Position numbers and translations under genes: made by a program. This document shows positions 1 to 6,068 of a stretch of DNA of 64,000 nt, one piece after another. Within the stretch, counting starts at the first letter, position 1; the number at the start of each line of letters is the position of its first letter. The DNA comes from an uncultured Bacteroidota bacterium (lineage in GTDB: Bacteria; Bacteroidota; Rhodothermia; Balneolales; HLUCCA01): positions 18,260 to 82,259 of the forward strand of contig CAMTWZ010000007.1 of NCBI GenBank assembly GCA_947085565.1, read 5' to 3'. The notes under the pieces were generated by a model. That model ran no database searches and was not told where the DNA came from. It saw nothing but the letters and a program-made list of their open reading frames with translations.

Positions 1-353
1 GGATTCAGATAACCGGCCATTTCCACCAATGAATCAGACAGCACCGGGTCGAAATCGACGATCGGCGCGAGTTCATCACGTAAAAACGCGGTGATGGTCG
101 GCTTGTCGTTCGTGGAAATCACGCCTTTCAGGTTGGGGATGTCGGACACGAGCGTCGCCGTCTGATACAGCAATCGGAAACGGATCTCCTGAATGCGCTC
201 GAAAATCTGCCCGGTTTCCTGGAAATTTCGGGTGATGTCGGCCCGGATGCGGTTTTCCACCACGCGACTCACGCTGATCGTCACAATCGCCACCACCACC
301 AGGATGATGCCGGTGATGCTGAGAAGGAGCTTGAGGCGGAGGGTGGTTCTCAA
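1..353 (-). CDS. Membrane-anchored sensory/regulatory protein, N-terminal 117 codons only (continues past the left edge)
   Basis: Missing from the ORF track because the window edge cuts it. The reverse frame is open from 353 to 1. An in-frame TAA at 362-360 leaves TTG (353-351) as the only plausible start. Translation LRTTLRLKLLLSITGIILVVVAIVTISVSRVVENRIRADITRNFQETGQIFERIQEIRFRLLYQTATLVSDIPNLKGVISTNDKPTITAFLRDEL... gives one N-terminal TM helix followed by a soluble domain. Track ORF 76..474(-) is a different frame derived from the repeat. Confidence 0.5.
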   Translation of the reverse strand, partial: MRTTLRLKLLLSITGIILVVVAIVTISVSRVVENRIRADITRNFQETGQIFERIQEIRFRLLYQTATLVSDIPNLKGVISTNDKPTITAFLRDELAPIVDFDPVLSDSLVEMAGYLN

Positions 354-354
354 A

Positions 355-495
355 ATTTGTTAGTGGTTTGTTGTTTGTTGTTTGTTGTTTGTTGTTTGTT
401 GTTTGTTGTGGAAAACGACATGCTTCACGAAAGAAAGTAGTAAAACCCAGCTCGGATTTAAAACAACTAACCACAAACCACTAACAACGAACCAC
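355..495. repeat. Heptamer-built inverted-repeat element (GT-rich arm / AC-rich arm)
   Basis: The left arm (355-411) contains gttagtg plus 6 perfect tandem copies of gtttgtt (366-407). The right arm (460-495: aacaact aaccaca aaccact aacaacg aaccac) is its imperfect reverse complement with the same 7-nt period. About 48 nt of unique loop separates the arms. It shares the 17-mer gttagtggtttgttgtt (359-375) with 2630-2646. Confidence 0.85.
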
Positions 496-1136
496 TATGG
501 CTCTAAGACAAACGCATCCAGCTCCAACCGTTGCCCTGCGGTGAGAGTCACGCTTTGGCGGAGCTCGGTGTAGCCGGGGGCGGCGACATGGATCGTGTAG
601 CGTCCAGCGGGAACGGCGGGGAGGCGGAACGTGCCGGCTCCATCAAGAACCGTCCAATGAACCGCAGTGTTCGGCAGCACCCGGATTGTGGCATTCATGC
701 TCGAATGGATGTCGCAAAACACGGAAACCTCGCCGGGTTTGTCGAAGCGCACATCCACATGCTCGCCAGCGGGACGTCGCCCCACATTGAATCGCTTCAC
801 ATCCGACAATGAAAACACATTATGATAGATGGGATCGGAATTGAGGATGCGGACGGTCTGCCCGGCCACCACCACGATCATGCGAGGCTCGAACTGCGTG
901 TCTTTCTGATTCAGGACGGGCGGGGCTCCGAGCGAAGCGGTCTGCGGCGCGGAACCTTCGATCCAGACCACCACGGGAACGGACGCCTTTACGGCATCGG
1001 TGGATCGGCCCCGGGCGTAGCGCGACTGTCCCCTCACGCCCGATTGCTGGATACGGGCCTGGCCGAGTTCCACGCGTCCGGAGACCGTGGCCGGGGCAGG
1101 AGGTTGGATGAGGAGGAGGAGTATTAAAACAATCAT
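495..1136 (-). CDS. Secreted cupredoxin-like (amicyanin/plastocyanin-type) protein with C-terminal carboxypeptidase-regulatory-like beta-sandwich
   Basis: Track ORF 495..1298 trimmed to the Met at 1136. MIVLILLLLIQPPAPA looks like a signal peptide, and the 54 upstream codons read through the palindromic repeat. IYHNVFS ... FCDIHSSMNA gives an H...CxxHxxM pattern like a type-1 copper site. The C-terminus GTFRLPAVPAGRYTIHVAAPGYTEL is CarboxypepD_reg-like. Confidence 0.65.
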   Translation of the reverse strand: MIVLILLLLIQPPAPATVSGRVELGQARIQQSGVRGQSRYARGRSTDAVKASVPVVVWIEGSAPQTASLGAPPVLNQKDTQFEPRMIVVVAGQTVRILNSDPIYHNVFSLSDVKRFNVGRRPAGEHVDVRFDKPGEVSVFCDIHSSMNATIRVLPNTAVHWTVLDGAGTFRLPAVPAGRYTIHVAAPGYTELRQSVTLTAGQRLELDAFVLEP

Positions 1137-1182
1137 GTTCAGTTTTGAATGCTCATGACGAGAATGTAAGACAGTTTTCAAT

Positions 1183-1358
1183 AGGGTCCTTCGCTGCGGG
1201 CTGCGCCCTACGCTCAGGATGACAAGCGCATCACGCATAAAAGAAGAGGCGGCATAGCTAAATCCCAAGTGCACTTGGAATACAGTTATGCCGCCCATTT
1301 AATGTTCTTCCAACACCGTGTCATCCTGAGCGTAGGGCGCAGCCTGCAGCGAAGGACC
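1183..1358. repeat. 176-bp nested palindromic (long hairpin / MITE-like) element
   Basis: The 40-nt arms 1183-1222 (gggtccttcgctgcgggctgcgccctacgctcaggatgac) and 1319-1358 (gtcatcctgagcgtagggcgcagcctgcagcgaaggaccc) are reverse complements at 39/40 positions. Inside are a second perfect 9-bp pair (ggcggcata 1247-1255 / tatgccgcc 1287-1295) and a central 14-bp perfect palindrome ccaagtgcacttgg (1264-1277). Confidence 0.9.
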
Positions 1359-1377
1359 CACTACCAGCGTTGTTTAA

Positions 1378-2100
1378 TCACAAAATCCTATACGTCGCGC
1401 TCACCACGCCCGTGATTTTCTTCTCGATGGAGCTCAGGTCATTCATTCCGTAATCCGAGACGTTGTTCGACAGCACCGGCGTGATCTGCAGCACGCCCAT
1501 GCGGGCTCCGGTCAGCGGACCGATATCCCTTCCCGTCGCTTCCACAATGGCTTTGGCCCGTTCCGTGGCGTTCGCCGCGGCCGCGGCCTGAATCTGGATG
1601 CGCAAGCTGTCGAGTCCGGAAAAATGATACTCCGGCTGTTCCACCATCACATCCAGCCCCTGTTCGACCAACGACGCGATCGACAACGAAAGATTCCGGA
1701 TCTGCTCCACATCCGTCGACTGGATCTCAAAACGCTGCGAATATTGATGATGAAGGATGCGTCCCGTAGGCATTCCGTTGTTGGCATATTCCTCGCGGGC
1801 GAACGAATTCATAGGCTGCTCTGAAACGGCCTCTGGCGCCACGCCCTGCGCGGTCAGATACGCCTGAAGGATGGGAATACGCGATTTGAGCCGGCCGAAC
1901 GCCTCGCTCGCCGTCGGTGCCTGGGTGGTGATGGTGAGTCGCAAGACCCCGAGATCGCTTCGGAAGGTGGATGTGGCCGAACCGGTGACCGTGATGGTCT
2001 GGTCTGAAAGTTCATTCGAGCGCCACGTAAGGGCGACGACGGATGCCGACAGAAAAAGTCCCGCGGCAAGGATGAGGGCGGAGATGGATTGGGTGTTCAT
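1378..2100 (-). CDS. SIMPL-domain (DUF541) periplasmic/secreted protein
   Basis: 240 aa with an N-terminal signal/anchor (ISALILAAGLFLSASVVAL). Overall sequence pattern is typical of the SIMPL family (…ITVTGSA…, …RLTITTQAPTASEA…, …ANATERAKAIVEATG…GPL…). Confidence 0.75.
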   Translation of the reverse strand: MNTQSISALILAAGLFLSASVVALTWRSNELSDQTITVTGSATSTFRSDLGVLRLTITTQAPTASEAFGRLKSRIPILQAYLTAQGVAPEAVSEQPMNSFAREEYANNGMPTGRILHHQYSQRFEIQSTDVEQIRNLSLSIASLVEQGLDVMVEQPEYHFSGLDSLRIQIQAAAAANATERAKAIVEATGRDIGPLTGARMGVLQITPVLSNNVSDYGMNDLSSIEKKITGVVSATYRIL

Positions 2101-2124
2101 CCAAGAATGTAAGACGGAAATCGG

Positions 2125-2152
2125 GAATCAGGAATCAGGAATCTGGAATCAG
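2125..2152. repeat. Heptanucleotide tandem repeat (gaatcag)x4, one copy variant (gaatctg)
   Basis: Units lie at 2125-2131, 2132-2138, 2139-2145 (gaatctg) and 2146-2152. The reverse complement ctgattc is the same unit as the 5-copy array at 57185-57219. It lies 25 nt upstream of the SIMPL start codon on the minus strand. Confidence 0.9.
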
Positions 2153-2189
2153 CTTATAGTTTAAGAGAACCGCACCGCTTCCACACTGA

Positions 2190-2540
2190 CTATGTCACCC
2201 CGAACCCCTGCAAGATCTCTTCCGTGCGATCCGTCAGCAGCTCGACAAGCGCCGGATCCATGAATTCGTACTCATCCGGGATGTGCAGGATTTCAATCGG
2301 CGGCACGCGCCTGCCCGGATATGCGTCCCAGATGCGGGTGCGCTGATCGGGCTCCATCACCAGGATGAGATCGGCCCAGGCGAGATCTTTCTCGGTGAGT
2401 TTGCGCTCTGCGCTAGGACTGACTCCCGCCGAGCGGACATTGAACCGCATATCGTTCTTGAACAAGGATTCGGCGGTGCGGCTGCGTCGCTTATTGCGTC
2501 CACAAACAAAAATCAGATTGGGAAGATCGGCACGATGCAT
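2190..2540 (-). CDS. Low-molecular-weight phosphotyrosine phosphatase-like protein (short form)
   Basis: 116 aa. N-terminal LIFVCGRNKRRSRTAE matches the CX5R(S/T) P-loop of LMW-PTP/ArsC-type phosphatases. Confidence 0.75.
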   Translation of the reverse strand: MHRADLPNLIFVCGRNKRRSRTAESLFKNDMRFNVRSAGVSPSAERKLTEKDLAWADLILVMEPDQRTRIWDAYPGRRVPPIEILHIPDEYEFMDPALVELLTDRTEEILQGFGVT

Positions 2541-2611
2541 GATTCGGGTCCTGATTTGGGGGTTCGTCCTGATCCGGCATAATCCTGAAATCGAGTCCCA
2601 TTGTCAAGTTG

Positions 2612-2701
2612 GGTGGTTTTTTGTTTGTTGTTAGTGGTTTGTTGTTATCCCAAGCCAATTCATGATTTCCTTCATCACGACTAACAACTAACAACTAACT
2701 A
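2612..2701. repeat. Heptamer-built inverted-repeat element, second family member
   Basis: The left arm has gtttgtt (2623-2629), gttagtg (2630-2636) and gtttgtt (2637-2643). The right arm has actaaca x2 plus actaact (2680-2700), an imperfect reverse complement. About 32 nt of loop separates them. It sits between the ltaE stop (2705) and the phosphatase start (2540). Confidence 0.8.
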
Positions 2702-2704
2702 TAA

Positions 2705-3709
2705 TCACAACCCTCCGATCACCTTCTCCAACTGGGCATCATCGACCTGGAAATGAAACACAGCGCGGATCGTCTTCGGCCCGAACTGAACCATCGCCAC
2801 GCCCTTTTCCTTGAAGCGGGCCAGGTGGCCTGCCACGTCACCGTCGTTCACATCGAACAACACGATATTGGTCTTCACCGAGTCCGGATCCACGGTATAC
2901 TCAGGGTGCTTACTCAGCGCCAACGCCAGTTCTTTCGCCCGGCGGTGGTCGTCGGCCAGCAGCGGTAGATGGTGGTCGAGCGCGTATTCGGCGGCGGCGG
3001 CCAGCAATCCAACCTGACGCATCCCTCCTCCCCATTGCTTGCGCCGGCGGTATGCGTCGCGGATCAGGTCCTTCCCGCACAACACCATCGAGCCTACCGG
3101 AGCCCCGAGTCCTTTGCTGAAGCAGACCGACATCGTATCGGCCACGGTTCCGAAGAAGCGGAATTCGACGCCCGAGGCGATCGACGCGTTCCAGATGCGC
3201 GCACCGTCGATATGCAGCGCCACGCCTTTCTCATCGGCCAGTTTGCGGATCGCAAGCAGGTTTTCGCGTGTGTAATATGCGCCGCCGCCCTTGTTCGTGG
3301 AATTCTCCAGCGCGATGACCGATGTGCGCGGATCCCAGTCGTTGTGCGCCCGGAATCCGGTCTGCAGAATCTCCGGCGTCAGGATTCCCTGCTCACCCAC
3401 CACCGTATGCACTTGCACACCGCTCAGCATAGGCGCCGCGGCCGATTCGTAATTGAAGATGTGCGCGGTCTTGTCGAGCAGAATCTCATCACCCGGTTTC
3501 GTGAGCAGATTCACGCATAACTGGTTTCCCATCACGCCGCTGGGCACGAACAAGCCCGCCTCGAAGCCGAACATCGTCGCAACACGCTCTTGGAAGGCGT
3601 TCATCGTGGGGTCTTCCTTGAACACGTCATCACCCACCTCGGCGCGGATCATCGCTTGAAGCATGCCCGGTGTGGGCTTGGTGACGGTATCGGAGCGGAG
3701 ATCGATCAT
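2705..3709 (-). CDS. ltaE: Low-specificity L-threonine aldolase
   Basis: 334 aa. The N-terminus MIDLRSDTVTKPTPGMLQAM is the hallmark beta-eliminating-lyase/threonine-aldolase start. A PLP-fold pattern runs throughout. Confidence 0.9.
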   Translation of the reverse strand: MIDLRSDTVTKPTPGMLQAMIRAEVGDDVFKEDPTMNAFQERVATMFGFEAGLFVPSGVMGNQLCVNLLTKPGDEILLDKTAHIFNYESAAAPMLSGVQVHTVVGEQGILTPEILQTGFRAHNDWDPRTSVIALENSTNKGGGAYYTRENLLAIRKLADEKGVALHIDGARIWNASIASGVEFRFFGTVADTMSVCFSKGLGAPVGSMVLCGKDLIRDAYRRRKQWGGGMRQVGLLAAAAEYALDHHLPLLADDHRRAKELALALSKHPEYTVDPDSVKTNIVLFDVNDGDVAGHLARFKEKGVAMVQFGPKTIRAVFHFQVDDAQLEKVIGGL

Positions 3710-3766
3710 TTCTTTTTTCTTAGTTCTTCATCGTTTAACAGACGCATTGACCTTTTCAGCTTCAGG

Positions 3767-3933
3767 TAATTTTAAATTGTCAATTTTAAATGATGGGTAG
3801 CCTTGAATAAGGCTCGAAATTTCGCGAAACCTGGAGGTACCACATTTAAAATTGAACATTTATAATTGTTAACTACCTCGAAGAATTGCGCCAGCTAGAA
3901 ATCATACATTTAAAATTGTTCACTTAAAATTCA
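3767..3933. repeat. AT-rich array: three blocks, each two tandem copies of a ~14-mer (acatttaaaattgN)
   Basis: Block 1 is 3767-3794 (taattttaaattgt caattttaaatgat). Block 2 is 3842-3869 (acatttaaaattga acatttataattgt). Block 3 is 3906-3933 (acatttaaaattgt tcacttaaaattca). Unrelated spacers of about 47 and 36 nt at normal GC separate the blocks. The array lies in the hbd-ltaE intergenic region. Confidence 0.8.
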
Positions 3934-3949
3934 CAAGGCTCAGAGCCCT

Positions 3950-4804
3950 TTAAAGAGTATAAAACCCGCGCCCCGTTTTATCCCCCAATACCCCCGCATC
4001 CACCATTTGCACGAGGAGCGGACATGGCCGGTACTTCGGATCTTTGAACCCGTCGTAGAGCACGTTCAGGATGGCCAGGCACACATCCAGCCCGATGAAA
4101 TCAGCCAGCCTCAGCGGACCCATCGGATGCGCCATGCCCAGTTTCATCACATTATCGACGGCTTCGGGCGTAGCCACGCCTTCATACACGCAATAAATGG
4201 CTTCGTTGATCATCGGCATGAGCACGCGGTTCGACACAAAACCTGGATAATCGTTCACGAGCACCGGTTCTTTGCCAAGCTTCACCGATAAGTCGCGGAT
4301 GGTTTCGGCCACCACGTCCGTGGTCTTGTAGCCTTTCACGATCTCGACGAGTTTCATCATCGGCACCGGATTGAAAAAGTGCATGCCGATCACTTGTTCC
4401 GGACGCTTTGTCGCATTCGCGATTTTCGTGATCGAAATGGATGACGTATTGCTGGCGAGAATCGCATGAGACGGCGCCGAATCGTCCAAAATCCGGAAAA
4501 TCTTGTTCTTAAGGTCCACATTCTCATTGACGGCTTCCACCACAAGGTCGGCGTCGGTCACCGAGGTGGCCAGATCCGTGGCGAAGGTCAGTCGCCCCAG
4601 CGTTTCGGAATGTTGTTCTGCGGTGAGTTTCTCTTTGGCGACCAATCGGCCCAGATTCTTGTCGATCGTGGCCTTCGCTTTGTCCAACACCGCCTGATTC
4701 ACATCGATGAGAGTGGTTCTGAAGCCGTTCTGCGCCGCGATGTGCGCGATGCCATTGCCCATGGTTCCGCCGCCGACTACGGCGATGTGATGGATGCTGC
4801 TCAT
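3950..4804 (-). CDS. hbd: 3-hydroxybutyryl-CoA / 3-hydroxyacyl-CoA dehydrogenase (NAD-binding)
   Basis: 284 aa. Rossmann motif VVGGGTMGNGIA at the N-terminus. The C-terminal domain GPLRLADFIGLDV is typical of the 3HCDH family. Confidence 0.9.
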   Translation of the reverse strand: MSSIHHIAVVGGGTMGNGIAHIAAQNGFRTTLIDVNQAVLDKAKATIDKNLGRLVAKEKLTAEQHSETLGRLTFATDLATSVTDADLVVEAVNENVDLKNKIFRILDDSAPSHAILASNTSSISITKIANATKRPEQVIGMHFFNPVPMMKLVEIVKGYKTTDVVAETIRDLSVKLGKEPVLVNDYPGFVSNRVLMPMINEAIYCVYEGVATPEAVDNVMKLGMAHPMGPLRLADFIGLDVCLAILNVLYDGFKDPKYRPCPLLVQMVDAGVLGDKTGRGFYTL

Positions 4805-6018
4805 GATGTCGCTCCTGTTTCTTGAAGAAATTCTTGGATGGTTTGGGATGCGCTTTTGCGCGGGCGGATGACTCTGGCGCCATCCGGAGTGAGGAGAATC
4901 TCCGCCGGCAACGGACGTCGGTTATAGCCCGAAGCCATGGTCATGCCGTAGGCACCCGTGTCGCACAGGGCGAGAATGTCGCCCGAGGACGTAGCCGGGA
5001 GCGGGCGGTCTTCGGCCAGGATGTCGCCCGTTTCGCAGATGTTCCCGGCGATGGTATAGACGCGGTCGGCCGATGCGTCGCTCCGGGTCACGTTCTTGAC
5101 TTCGTGCCACGCGTCGTACAGGGCGGGCCGAAGCAAATGATTGAACCCGGTGTCAGTGCCCAAGAAGGTGATGCGCCCCTGGTCCTTTACGGTGTTCACG
5201 GTGGTGAGCAGCATTCCGGCCGGACCCACGATCCACCTTCCCGGCTCGAAAAAGTACGTGAGTTTGCGGCGTTCCAGAATCGGCGCGGCTTTCTTGGCGA
5301 ATTCTTCGATGGAGAATTCCGACTCTTTCTCTTTGTAAGGGATCGGAAATCCGCCGCCGAAATTCATCCATTCCAGATCGGGCAGCGCATCGCCCACATC
5401 CAGCAGGGTGTTCATCGCCGCGATGAGGTTGTCGGGCTTGCGGATGCCGCTTCCGATGTGCAGATGCAGTCCGTTGATGCGCACGCCGTAGGTCTTGGCC
5501 ATGGCTACGGCCTGAGGAATGAGATCGAGCCGGATTCCGAACTTCGAATCGCGGTTTCCGGTGTCCACTTTGGCGTGATGTCCGTCGCCGATGGCCGGAT
5601 TCACACGGATGCTGCACGTCTTCCCTCCCGCTTCGCAGAACGCCTCCAGCCGCGAATACGAGCCGATGTTCAGATATACGCCGGCATCCATCGCCTCGCG
5701 CATCTCCTCATCGGTCATGTTGTTCTCGGTGTAGAAGATGCGCGCCGGATCCATGCCGATCGACATCCCCAAAAGAGCTTCCTCGAAACTGACGGTATCG
5801 AATCCGAACCCTTCTGCGGCGATGAGTCCGAGAATGTGCGGGTTGTCGTTCGCTTTCACGGCGTACAGAAGCCGCACCGGCAAGCCTTCGAACGCGCTCA
5901 TCAGCCGTTGGCATCGGGCGCGGATCCGGGCTTCATCATACACATACAAAGGAGTTCCGTGGGAGGCGGCGAGAGAAAGCAGTTCTGCGGATGATGCGAA
6001 AAGTTTGGGTTCGGACAC
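4801..6018 (-). CDS. lysA: Diaminopimelate decarboxylase
   Basis: 405 aa. PLP-lysine motif YAVKAN and the group IV decarboxylase pattern (…HLHIGSG…, …EPGR…). 4-nt overlap with hbd. Confidence 0.9.
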   Translation of the reverse strand: MSEPKLFASSAELLSLAASHGTPLYVYDEARIRARCQRLMSAFEGLPVRLLYAVKANDNPHILGLIAAEGFGFDTVSFEEALLGMSIGMDPARIFYTENNMTDEEMREAMDAGVYLNIGSYSRLEAFCEAGGKTCSIRVNPAIGDGHHAKVDTGNRDSKFGIRLDLIPQAVAMAKTYGVRINGLHLHIGSGIRKPDNLIAAMNTLLDVGDALPDLEWMNFGGGFPIPYKEKESEFSIEEFAKKAAPILERRKLTYFFEPGRWIVGPAGMLLTTVNTVKDQGRITFLGTDTGFNHLLRPALYDAWHEVKNVTRSDASADRVYTIAGNICETGDILAEDRPLPATSSGDILALCDTGAYGMTMASGYNRRPLPAEILLTPDGARVIRPRKSASQTIQEFLQETGATS

Positions 6019-6068
6019 GGCGAGATAGAAGTGTAAATTTGAGGCTAAAAGTAAGGGATTTTCGCCTC

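Noticed and set aside
76-573. Track ORFs 76..474(-) and 382..573(+), and likewise 2491..2694(-), which read through the heptamer repeats and give QQTTNNKQQTTNNK-type peptides
   Set aside because: Their unusual sequence is just the translation of the gtttgtt/aacaaac repeats. 76..474 is out of frame with the real TM-containing ORF (1..353). Neither has a credible start context or domain.
1137-1298. N-terminal 54-codon extension of the cupredoxin ORF (MGGITVFQVH…VILSVGRSPQRRTL…)
   Set aside because: The extension is the translation of the palindromic element at 1183-1358. The internal Met at 1136 is followed directly by a signal peptide. Similar over-extensions were trimmed for 5991, 8336, 9136, 12614, 26255, 32317, 33539, 36173 and 51000.
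1160-2116. Shared 12-mer gaatgtaagac(a/g)g just upstream of the starts of the cupredoxin (1160-1172) and SIMPL (2103-2116) genes, considered as a common promoter or operator
   Set aside because: Chance 12-mer matches are expected many times over in a 64-kb window on two strands. The distances to the two start codons differ (about 25 nt versus 3 nt), and I recognise no known promoter consensus in it.
3767-3933. Possible degenerate CRISPR array (28-nt AT-rich repeats, 36-47-nt spacers)
   Set aside because: There are only three repeats and they are poorly conserved. Each is internally a tandem 14-mer doublet rather than a CRISPR-like palindromic repeat. Spacer lengths are irregular, and no cas genes or leader are present in the window.
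4822-5994. 390-aa plus-strand ORF covering almost all of lysA on the opposite strand
   Set aside because: It lies entirely antisense to a gene with clear lysA motifs. The translation is Arg/Gly/His-rich low-complexity sequence with no motif. This is the typical shadow ORF produced by GC-rich third-codon positions.
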